A DNA stretch of 63,982 nt, the filler included, from Intoshia linei (lineage: Eukaryota > Animalia > Orthonectida), in assembly GCA_001642005.1 (NCBI GenBank). It is 11 parts of 11 records of this genome, joined end to end, with 100 filler letters (N's around TTAATTAATTAA, not from the genome) between each part and the next. Parts side by side here need not be neighbours in the genome. Positions count along the whole stretch, not along the records: positions 13,605 to 26,580 come from LWCA01001043.1; 10 more parts are not named here. One strand, given 5' to 3'. Shown here piece by piece: positions 13,605 through 24,671 of this stretch (position 1 is the stretch's first letter; every line of letters starts with the position of its first letter). The notes under the pieces were generated by a model. That model saw only the letters and a program-made list of their open reading frames with translations, made no database searches and was not told where the DNA came from. The position numbers and the translations under genes were made by a program.

Positions 13605-14406
13605 CCAACCCTGTTTCATCCATATTATAAATTTGGCATTCTGTCAAATTTTCTTGTAGCTTCGACATTAGCACCTTCTGAGTCTCCACAAAGTTTGTAG
13701 GATTTAATTCCATTTCGTCGTTTGAATTTATTTAACCAACCACGAGAAAATTGACAATCATTTCTTTCAACATTAGAACCAGTGTCACTACAATTATCTA
13801 TGGATTTAGCTTCAACTATTAGAGTTTCTTCACTTATTGAGACATCATTGTGTCTTTGTTTAACAAACATTCCGTACAATTTATTTTCAACTTCCTTACA
13901 ATTTGCTAGTCTCATTCTCTTGAATGACCCCATACTTTCAGGAACGTTGGAATCTTGGTAAATATTCATTATTTTTGGTTTACATCTTTTGACACTATAT
14001 ATTGTGTTAATGGATTTATTCAAAGTTTCTGCAATTTGTTTAACTGATATACCTTCATTTAGCATTTTAATAATGTTTAATTTTTCATTTAAAGTTATAT
14101 TTTTCTTCATTCTGGTAAATTTTCAATTTTAAACTATAATTTAAATTCAACTACAATACAATATAAACAGTAATTTAACTGTAATAAATATTAAGGTAGT
14201 GTTAGAGCAACTGTATAACCATAAAATTTTTATTACTTTTTGATAGTATAATAGAGTAGGATGCATAAATAATCTTAACACGCTTTTATTATAAAAATAA
14301 TCATGCAAATAAATAATCAAATTTATAAAAACGCGCTTTTTGTTTACTAACGAAACATTTACAAAAATTGTTTACTAATGAATCGTTTACTAACGAAACT
14401 TGACTG
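13605..14406 (-). mobile_element. pogo/Tigger transposon 5' part (transposase ORF 14110-13625, HTH_psq plus CENP-B-type HTH)
   Basis: MKKNITLNEKLNIIKML...VENKLYGMFVKQR...FSRGWLNKFKRRNGI...LCGDSEGAN. Terminus TA|CAGTCAAGTTTCGTTAGTAAACG at 14406 with repeated TTAGTAAAC motifs. Confidence 0.88.
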
Positions 14407-15304
14407 TATATATAAATTTGTCATTGACGTCATCACTCTCATGGCTACTGACGATATTTCTAATATTAAATAATAATTAACTGGTGATAATTAGCGTTTT
14501 ATTTAAATGCACCTAAATAAATATTGATTTAATATAAGCTATACAAAATGAGAATAAAAAGACAATTAATTTCAATTTTACAAAAAAGAGAAATAATATT
14601 TGATTGATAAAGGAAATAAATATGCAACATTTCCAACAGATTTAACATACACAGGATGACTTTCAAGGAATAAAAAACTGTAAAACAGAAATTTTATCCA
14701 TGAAAAATGATTATGTTAAAATAAAGAGAATCACACTGTTATCTCAACAATTTAAAATGAAAAATAACAAAAATCTATAGTTGAAACCGATGACATTATA
14801 ACTACGAAAATAGATGATAAAACAGAACAGGTCTTTGAAGTTTTCAAAGAAGTAAGTTGCGTACTTCTACTGGGAATAAAATTGTAAAAGCAACAAAACT
14901 GACTGATAATAGAGAATCAAAAATTACTCTATGATGATGATAAACGACATTGCAAAATGTAAAAAGTGTTGATCAGACAGACACATTTTTAATTTCATTA
15001 TTTTAAGTTTTTAAACATTTGTTGTGATCCATTTAATAATTTAATTAATTAGTAATAATAATAACATAATTAGAAAATTATAAACAGTGTTGACTAATAA
15101 AGGGCTTAAATGGTTGAGAATGCAAAAAAAATTCTGACGGATGTAATTGCCCTATATATTACGTATGTGACAGATGTGAAAATTATCAAATTAATCAGAT
15201 GGATTTATCCAATAATCAAATTATCATAATCGTATTTTCAAGTCTGGTGATTATTGCAATTATAATTAGTATTTGCGTTTTAATTCAATTTTGTTGTAAT
15301 ATAA

Positions 15305-16410
15305 AATCGGAATCGGCGCTGTATTGCTACAGAACAACCATCCAGTATATTACTATAGTAAAGCTCTTTCTCCGGCTCAACGTAATTATTCAACAGACAA
15401 AGAATTAACTGCTGCATCCACTTCAATTAAAAAATTCCACCACCTGTTACAAGGAAAACACTTTAGGGTCATCACCGACCACAATCTCCTTGTCCACATG
15501 CGAAACTCAAAAAACTTATCTAAACGACAATTCCGTCAATTCCAATCTCTTGAAGACTTTGACTTCGACTTCGACATTATCTATTGACCTGGAAAACTCA
15601 ATATTCAAGCAGACCTCCTCTCACGCGATTTCATCAATAACCAAATAACACAACCTAATTCTATTTTTCCACTACAAGAAACAAATCAATCAAACTCCCA
15701 AACCAAATCTCACATTCGCAACAAAACAGAAATTCCACAATCAAATCCTCTTTATAGATATAGAAAAGACTTAACCGTTCAAAACGACACTCTTTTTATT
15801 AAAAAAGAAAATAAATAAATTCCTATCATATCAAAAGAACAACGTAAGGACTTAATTAATTATCATCATTTTTCTGACATTTTTTTCCATCCTGGGACGT
15901 GGTAAACACGCCAGAAAATTAAAAATGACTACTTTTGATCAAACGTATATGAAGACGTCAAAGAAATAATTGAAAAGTGTCATAAATGCAACACATCAAA
16001 TATTCGAAATCTCCATATCACAAAAAAATTAAAACAGGTAATCTCTGACCATTTCAATGATCTATGACAAATAGACATAATAGGTCCGTTACCCCTCACA
16101 TCGAACAAAAATAGATTTCTAATTGTCATGATCGACCACTTCTCAAATTACCCTGAAATAGTTCCTATTTCCAAAATAACCACAGAAAACATAGAAAAAG
16201 CAATATTAGACAATATAATTTGTCGATAAATTTGGCCCTCCTAATCGCATACGAACAGACATGGGCACACAAATGGAAAACCAAATAATATGAAACCTCT
16301 GCCAACATTTTACTATAGACAAATCAGTATCTAAACCTTATCGTTAGCAAGAAATTGGTAAAGTTGAACGACTCAACCGCACCATAAGACAGAAACTTAT
16401 CTTCAAAAAA
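15305..16410 (+). pseudogene. Ty3/gypsy RNase H-integrase fragment
   Basis: GIGAVLLQNNHPVYYYSKAL..AQRNYST.KEL, FRVITDH, PGKLNIQADLLSR, an H..H..C..C zinc finger, QIDIIGP and GKVERLNRTI, with multiple stops. Confidence 0.88.
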
Positions 16411-16789
16411 ATCCAGAATGCAATCAAAACAACGCAATCTTCAACAGCATACTTTTTCAAAATACTATACAAAGTAAATCCAATAAATATTAAATAATGT
16501 AGACCGATTATTTTAGCGTGTGGATAAGTGCAAATATTATCAAGTTTATAGGATTACTAATATTTATACCCGCATTGATTGATTGTACTGAAAATAAACG
16601 TCCCGCTGTAGGAAGTCTTGTTTCATTGTCTGTCATCGTATTACCGAAACATAAAGTTGTTTTATACACTATGTGTGCTATCTTACTTCATACATATTTC
16701 AGAGTGCGTTTACGTACATCGAGATTTCTTGTATTGGCTGTCATTGGTGCAATGCTATTCACAGGTAACATAAGAGTGAATGCATGATC

Positions 16790-17350
16790 ATCAATGATTA
16801 TTTAAATTCTTCAATTCTACCACAACTCTCTTTCACACCCGGGTATGACCAAAATGATTCAATTACTAAAAAAATCTTATTTTTGTTTATACATGAGAAA
16901 GGACAGCAGAATTTGTGAAGAAGTGTACAAAATGTAGTTTAAATAAAGCTAGAAATCACAATAAATGGAAACCTTTAAAACCAGTTAAATGTAAGACATT
17001 TAATGATCTATGGCAACTTGACATTCTCCGTCCTTTTCACGAATCTACTATGGATTTAAATACATCCTTTATATGATCGATCATTTTAGATCCTATCCAA
17101 TAGCTATCCCTATAAGGGATATTGAAGCAACTACGATAGCATCAACGATATTTGAAAATTTGATATGTGTCTTTGGACCCCCAATAACGATACAGACGGA
17201 TATGGGTACTCAATTCGAAAGTGCAATTATTAAAGAATTGTGATATATTTAATATAAAAAAAGGAGTTACAAAGCCGTATGTTCATGAAGAAATCTGTAA
17301 AGTCGAACGCTTAAACAGAACTTTCCGAGAAAAATTACATAATTTAATAC
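16790..17350 (+). pseudogene. Second Ty3/gypsy integrase fragment
   Basis: FVKKCTKCSLNK, FNDLWQLDILRPF, MIDHF, FGPPITIQTDMGTQFES and KVERLNRTFREKL, with frameshifts. Confidence 0.85.
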
Positions 17351-17576
17351 TTTAAGTAAACATAAAACCGACGCTGTGGGAATATTTACAAGTAATAGAT
17401 TGGGTTACCGAAAGAATTAAAACAGGGTATATTGAAAAAAGGTGAAATTTGGGCCCTTTATCAAAACAGAATTATGGTGTTGAGATGGAAAGATAAGAAA
17501 AACGTGTACATCATGAATCCTACCATAATGATTCAGTTAAATATAGTATCAATATAAAGCAGCGAAAATTTAACGA

Positions 17577-17790
17577 GATGTTACTATTGACTATAATGAC
17601 TCAATGGGAGGTGTAGATTTAAGTGACTCATTCATGGTATACTATTGTACTACCAGAAAGTAACTTAAAAGGTATTACATCAAACAATTCATAAGAATTA
17701 TCGATATGTCCACTTTGAATGCTTATATTGTGTATAAAAAAATGGCGATTCTATGGAAAGAGTTAATTTTATATTGAAAATATTATAATC
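17577..17790 (+). pseudogene. piggyBac transposase C-terminal fragment
   Basis: DYNDSMGGVDLSDSFMVYYCTTRK*LKRYYIKQFIRIIDMSTLNAYIVYK matches the piggyBac YN..MGGVD..D....F..LD....NA motif. Confidence 0.8.
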
Positions 17791-17798
17791 AAATATAG

Positions 17799-18029
17799 AC
17801 GAAACTAATATCAAGGCTTCCCTTTGCAAGACTTGTGAAACAAATCACAAGTGAAATTACCACTCAAGATATACACCATCAAGCTGATGCTTTGGGAGTC
17901 TTGAAAGAGATAAGTGAAATATATCTCACCACGATTTTCACACATTTAAGACAATATGCGGATCATGGGTTACGAGACACAATAGATATAAAAGATTTTT
18001 ATTTTTTACATCAACTAAATTTATTATGA
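17799..18029 (+). CDS. Highly divergent histone H3-family histone fold (CenH3-like features); terminal exon or gene fragment
   Basis: TKLISRLPFARLVKQITSEITTQDIHHQADALGVLKEISEIYLTTIFTHLRQYADHGLRDTIDIKDFYFL aligns to H3 [67 protein letters not shown]. It is preceded by an in-frame TAG that could be a splice acceptor. Confidence 0.7.
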   Translation, partial: TKLISRLPFARLVKQITSEITTQDIHHQADALGVLKEISEIYLTTIFTHLRQYADHGLRDTIDIKDFYFLHQLNLL

Positions 18030-18249
18030 TTAAATGTATTAGAAATTAGGTTTTTTTAAATTATACTATTAAATGACACTTGAATTGTAATAGTAGTAAT
18101 AGTAGAAAATTACGATCAGGGCCGGACTATAACAGATAACACAAATACTAAACCTGCCAAGAACTACAACTCAGAATGTAGTAACCTTATACAGAATTGA
18201 AGGAAGAATTGAACACAAAAACACAAGGAGGTTATATGATTAGTAAAAC

Positions 18250-18470
18250 ATTTGAAACATTTAATGTAAGGCTATTAACAACCAGTGTTCATCAATGCCT
18301 CAAAAATTTACATTACACCTTTACGAGGATCAGAGTAGTTTGTCAAAGAGCATTAACACAATAAAATCTTCAAAACATAATTGAGTACTCAGCGGAATTC
18401 CAAGATCTTAAGACAGAAAAATGTGCAAGAAAGTCTTTTTTTGAACAAGTTGGATTTAATGTATCTATAA
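18250..18470 (+). pseudogene. IS630/Tc1-like transposase fragment
   Basis: FNVRLLTTSVHQCLKNLHYTFTRIRVV...IEYSAEFQ....FF/EQVGFNVS resembles the winged-HTH and F.DE.GFN motif of IS630-like DDE transposases. Strongly decayed. Confidence 0.5.
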
Positions 18471-18826
18471 ATCTATCGTTGAAAATTCTTGATTCAAAAC
18501 AATAAATATTTCACACAAAACAATGTTTTGCACCTATTACCGAACGAACAATTTCGCTCAGGATCTCGAAATATCTAAAAACATTTTAAAAAAGTGTCAC
18601 AAAAAAAGTTGGTATCCAGGGTATACTAGCCACAGTAATAAATAATTAAATTGAAAAATACCCATAACAAGCAAAACTGCAATTCGGTGATATTGAACAA
18701 GAACATATCCACTTATCTTCAGATCCAAATATAGCTTCCTAAACGAAAAATATATAAATATACAATCACACCTCTCAATAAAGAATCCCCATTCGTAGTT
18801 TCGAAATGTGATATGAATCATTAGAG

Positions 18827-19192
18827 CAGGGTGGCCAATCTATGGCGCATGCACCACAAGTGGCGAATTACGTCATTCGAGGTGGCGCATTGGAAATTTT
18901 GATAAATTAAAATTTAAATTGTGGGATAACTTTAATTTTAAAATTAAATTTAATTTGTGAAAATGAAATTTTAAATTGTAAGTAAGATTCATTTTCTTTC
19001 ACTAATCCGTGGTAGATGAAAAATAACCTGAACCACATACAGAATATCTTTATATTGTAAAAAATTAAAATAGTTTATATTTCTATACGTATAAATTATT
19101 ATAGTAGCCGGAGTTTCACAAAAAAATTTGGCGCATCTGATATCGCATGATAAAAATGTGGTGCATGGTATGTAAAAGGTTGGCCACCCCTG
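18827..19192. mobile_element. hAT MITE
   Basis: TIRs CAGGGTGGCCAA / TTGGCCACCCCTG. Flanks CATTAGAG / CCTTAGAA match 6/8 with a central TA. Confidence 0.8.
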
Positions 19193-20163
19193 CCTTAGAA
19201 CCTTAAAAAATCTACAAAATATCAAGTTTTTTAGGATTGCTACTTATGATAATACTTATGATTTAAAAAATTCTATAACCTTTCTCATTTTAACAAAAAG
19301 GTAATTTGTCGTTTTGACACTAAAGATATACCTTTTTGAAATTAAAATTTATAATAATGTTAAAATAATTTTAAAATCTGTATCAGAGTGTATATTTTAT
19401 TAAATTCTAGGATTAGTTCAATTTTTAAAAAAAGGATATTTGGGGTTTTTGACCGGGAAGAACCACGTTTCTGGGGTTGATATTTATTTTAATTTCTACC
19501 ACGAAAAAACTGACTTAGTATTTGTGTTTGTTAAAATTCTAGGACTCTTAGTTATTGAAAAAAACGGTAACACAGATTGACATTAAATTTTATATAAGTA
19601 AGGGTTTTAAAAATAGTGTATACTCAATTTTTCTGTATATTGAAAAATGATGCCACCATTTTACAAAAAGTTCGTATTATGTTATTAAACCTTAAACACC
19701 AAAATGCAAATACATGTATATGCGACAGAAAAATGTCATGCTTTTGAATAAGTTTATTAAGTGTATTTCAATTGTTATATGCACGTTTGGCAATATTTGG
19801 TATATTTAAAATAACTCGAGCGATTACGTTTCAAGTTGTGTTAATGGAAGTATTTAACATAAATTTAATTTTTGACATTTATATTTTAAGCAAATTTATC
19901 TTCTGTGTATTTCATGTAAAAAAACAATCAAAATGTGTGAAGGTTAAAAATCTGTTGGAATTTAGAAAATTTGGAAAGAAACTATAATATATATTTGCAT
20001 GTAACTAATAAATATTATATATATATTATGGGAAAACAAAGTATCTTTTAATCGTACTTTACACGGTATCACGTGTATAAATAACAAACAATGAAAAAAG
20101 TATACTTTACAAGAACCGTAAGCATCCCAATATGAAACTCCTCCTTCCTACAATATAAAATAA

Positions 20164-20595
20164 TCAATACCACGTCAATATATTATAATATAATTATACA
20201 ATGCAACTACAACTGTAGTTAAACAAAATAATACATCTTGTGAGGCTAGAATGTGACGACAGTCCGATCCCCATTGAAAATGCAATTTTTTTTTAGTTTG
20301 AGTAGTGAGAATCCTTCTACTTAAAAGTTCTATTACTTCGATTGGTTCAACATTCTGACATGTCTCATTGACTAAATATACGCGAAATATACTTTTATAT
20401 GTATATAAAATTATATAAAGTTTATCATAAAAAATTCATTTTGTAAACTAAATTTATTAATCTTTTAAACTTACTTGAAACATCGATGAATTTTTTTTGC
20501 TCTTTTCGAATATCTGATATTAAATGCTGTGCTTCACACATTAGCCTATTTTTAAGTTGTTTTAAAGAGTCGTCAGATATAGCTTCGCGTGACAT
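20164..20595 (-). CDS. Possible small spliced gene of unknown function
   Basis: ATG at 20595; exon 20595-20475 (MSREAISDDSLKQLKNRLMCEAQHLISDIRKEQKKFIDVS) with a GTAAGT donor; in-frame acceptor at 20371 continues an open frame. No recognised domain, and the 3' structure is uncertain. Confidence 0.35.
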
Positions 20596-21199
20596 GTTAG
20601 GAATGTATTGAAAAAAATTTATTAAATAATGAGATATATGAAATTAAATAAATTCAGTTTAATTAATGCAAATTTTAGCAAGTAAATATGTACAATATTC
20701 ATTTTATATATCAGCTTAAAATAACTTTAGGATCAGTATTGATTTTTGTAGACTCTGTATAGTAACGATTAGTGTTTTCTAATAGGTGATTTAATTATAT
20801 ATTAATAGTAGGCTTGTAAATCATTAGATGATTCAATTGTACGGTTTTGTTAATGTAATAATTAAACTGGAATTAACGTGGGCATTGTTTCAATCTATTC
20901 ATAAAGTTTAAGAACACCATTTTCAATTTTTATTCGTCAAAATATAATTACATTATATTGAATTTTGGCTTCATTTATTCGGATATTGAAGTTATCATTA
21001 AAATAGTACATCATATTATTATTTACCTTGGATATACGCGATAAATAATTAAAATCTTGACTTTAGGGGTTAATAATTTATCCATATTAATTTTTGATTT
21101 TTATACTACATATAAGATAATTTATAATGATATTATCGATAACCTGTTTATAATAAATGTTTATGTCGAACTAAACTATTTTTACTCTCTTTTGTATAA

Positions 21200-22457
21200 T
21201 CCTTACTTAAATAATATGCTTTGTTTGTCTGTGTGTGTGTTATCGTTTATTTCAATAACTATCAGTTTTAGAATTTTATTAAGTCTACATTTCAATTACA
21301 GTTTTTTCCGGAGTGTTAAAAAAATAAATTTCAACCTCCCAAACTCACATCTTACGGGTCAAAGAGCCCAATTGTCCTTTTTATATGATTTATTATCTTA
21401 AATTTAAATTTAAATAAAATATATCTTCAGGAGCAAAACCCAAAATTACTCTAATTATCTTATTAAATTAATTACTTTAATCTCATTGAAAATTTTAGCA
21501 ATTATGTATAAATTTTAACCCACTTTGAGCCAAAATAGGTATATAATGAAAGCTCCCATGTCACCAATTTTCGGTTTAGTCTCTTCTGATGAGAAGATGT
21601 ACATAACTTCTAATTTCTTCAAACATAATTGTTATTTCGATTTTTCAAAAGTTTGTACACTGATGAAACGAGGACGCATTATTTAAAAACTTAAATAGCG
21701 GATCTTCAAGTTCCTCATCAGAATCTAGCAGATGGTCAAAATCATTAATTTCCTCTAACTTCAGTTCATTTTTTTCAATTGATTAATTTAAAAAATTTAA
21801 ATCCATTAAATTTAATGTATTTGTAAATTACAGTATATTATGATAAAAAATAGAGTATTATGACATTCTAATGAATGCATTTCAAATTAGTCAAATTTAT
21901 TATAACCATATCATTTTATCACGTCTATTGCATAATTTTAAGTAAGCAATCAATTTTGTAATCAAATGAATAATTTATGGAATACTTTATGGTAATCAAC
22001 AGACCGCGGTTTCATTGGTATCATCAATTAATTTTCAAAATATAATTTATTTTAAGTTTTACATAATCATCTAATTTGATGACTAATTAGTTTGAAATGC
22101 AATAACATAATATAAAAATTTACCTTATAAAACAAAAAATACCAAGAAATTGTTATTTTTTATCCATTCTGTCTAATAAATTGAAAAAAATGGGAAAAAA
22201 ATTGTTTTTTAATTTCTTTACGCAAATGTTAACAAAAAAAATTAAGATGGAATAATTCATTTTAAAGTAAAAAGTGATGTGATATAATGGTTCCACCTGA
22301 AACAAGTTTGGGAACCACTCCTTAAAGGATTGATAATAGTGAATAGTAGGATTTTTAAATTAGATTTTCAACGTGAATTTATTTTTTTGGTATAATACAA
22401 ATGTGCCCTCGGCAGAGCTAAGTGCTATTTGTACGTAGTACATAGCAGTCAACCTAG
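21200..22457 (+). mobile_element. Full-length non-autonomous Helitron-like element
   Basis: 5' A|TCCTTACTTA with a (GT)n tract; 3' TGTACGTAGTACA hairpin, 11 nt, then CTAG|T. Inserted between A and T with no TSD. Confidence 0.78.
21490..21810 (-). pseudogene. N-terminal fragment of PIF/Harbinger/ISL2EU-like transposase inside the Helitron
   Basis: ...FHQCTNF*KIEITIMFEEIRSYV...KIGDMGAFIIYLFWLKVG resembles PKMCTLDSVKVFLYWLKHG of the transposase at 61500-61400. Confidence 0.5.
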
Positions 22458-24039
22458 TACAATTATAATTTGTTGGGAATAAGATTTTACATCACATAAT
22501 ATTACAATAATGACTTAAATTTGACCAGATTGCATGAAATTAACAAATGTATATTCAAATAAATATAAATATTACCTATGCCAATATTTATGGCATAAAT
22601 TGCGCCTTACATTTTTGATAATGTTAATGTGGTAACTTGATGCAAATTAAATTTACAATTCCAACTGGTTTCATTAATATCTTTTTAATTAATCATCTAT
22701 TTTTATATTTCTTAATTGAGGATTATAATTTGTAAAAATTGTCACCTACAAAACTATTATAAATTATAAAATGGTTATAAAACATTCAGAAAATATATAC
22801 ATAGTATAATATACATTGTATTTTATACATGTAATAAATTAAAATTTACTATTAATATTAATAAATTGCGCAATTTTAAAAAATTTCAAAACAGGTAATA
22901 TTTTAATGTTACAATATCTGCAAGTTTTTAAAAGTGAATCCAAATTTGATAAAATTAGATGCATTTAAATCTTTAAATGTTGAGATTATTGCTAGTATTT
23001 AATAAAATTGAATAATTAAATATACATGTAATTAATACGTAGTAGCTTTTTATTTTAAAGAAAATAAAGAAATATCTTTTGTATTACTACAGTATTTTTT
23101 AATTTTAAAATTTTTTGGAATAAACTTTTTAACTTTAATTTATGTTAATTGATTTATTAAATTTAGCTAAAAGAAAAAAATATTGAACTTTCAAAAGCCT
23201 ATAGTAAAATTTACAATCCGGAATAACAGCTAGCAATTAAAAGAATTGATAAAATGTTTCCAAATACATCTTCTGATGTATGTTTTAGAACATTTTACTA
23301 ACATTTATCGTAAACTTAGTCCGGGTATTAACTTTTTAATAAATATCAAGTAAATAATAATAATAAGTAAGTAAATTTTTGATAAATAATTTTTAATTAC
23401 AAATACCGGGCGTACAAACCTTAAAAAGTAATTAAAATGTATGTTTACATTATATCCATTTTAAGAAATATGATTCTTATAATGATAATGCTTACATCGG
23501 AAAAAATAGAAAATGTGGGTACTTGGATTTTAAGAACGAAAATGGTTATTCTTTTCCATGCTTGATTTACTAGATTATGTTACTGAATATTCAAATGAAA
23601 TTAAAAATCTCAAAGAACAAATTGAAAAATTAACTTGTAGTAAACTGTCCAACAAAATGACAACAATTTAAAAAACCCTTATTTTTGTTAATATAACATT
23701 ATTTTTTAAATATTAAATTGGGTTGTTGTGATAATATATACCTTAAATAACAGTCAAATAAATTAGTTCATATATTTTTTTTACAAACCCTTGTTTGGAT
23801 TGGATTTTTTTCTGCCTTCCTGAAAATGAGATTTAGATGTTACATCAAGTTATTCTCCTTCTAATGAACCATACAACATTATTTATCCAAGTCAGATTAA
23901 GCGTAGATATAAAAATATGTAAAAAATTCACATATATTAATTATAAAAATAACAATACTGACCAATTCAGATTGGAAACTAAAATGACATTAATAACATA
24001 AATATACATAAAATTTTATTCAATACATAAAAAATTATT

Positions 24040-24170
24040 TAGATAAATGAGATCCATGAATAATCTCCCATCATATTCTTAGGATTTTTCCTTTATATCT
24101 CGATTCAAATGCCTTCAATTATTGATGAAATCTTTCACCATGTTCATCAGCAAATATAGCAAAATTTATT
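24040..24170 (-). pseudogene. DNA transposase C-terminal remnant (DEHGERFHQ family, tentatively Sola-like)
   Basis: ADEHGERFHQ*LKAFESRYKGK/NMMGDYSW. Same family as 45860-46250. Confidence 0.6.
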
Positions 24171-24671
24171 AGCAATTTTATAACATTTCATTTCAAATAA
24201 ATGCAAAAAAGATATTGACAACAATCAATTTAATTTTAATTTATTTAATAAATTTTACGCGTTGTTTCATAACAACAATTCTAAAATTGTTTACCCTATA
24301 GCTCCTTTATTTAACTTGGAAATAAACTCAAATTTTAGAGAATTATAGATATTTCCATGTTAATTATTATAATATGAAAATCTTCGGAAAGGCATTTTTA
24401 GTGTTGGACAGTGTATAATATACATACAATGAAACAGCGAAAAGCACAATTACACGAATAAATGAGACTTGGGAAAAAGTTGAAAAATTCTGATAAAGAA
24501 GCAATTATCAAAATGGTTGAATATAAAACTAATTATGCGAAGAGGAATCTCGGTAAGGTAAATTTGACACTGTCAAAATTTCCTCCCTCAGCAGAGCTAG
24601 ATACTATTTGTACAAAGTACATAACAGATAAGCCCGTGTATATAAGTTATATTAAAAAATTTATTTAAACA

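Noticed and set aside
23160-23670. Exon-like segments with ~40-bp GT-AG introns on +
   Set aside because: I could not assemble a stop-free frame or recognise a domain.
23781-23819. Alternative last exon for the gankyrin-like gene
   Set aside because: 24752-24672 is closer and better completes the ankyrin motif (NKESQYPYDF).
24120-24152. CUGAUGA...GAAA hammerhead-like core on the minus strand
   Set aside because: It is the coding sequence for DEHGERFHQ, has only a 2-bp stem II and has no valid UH site.
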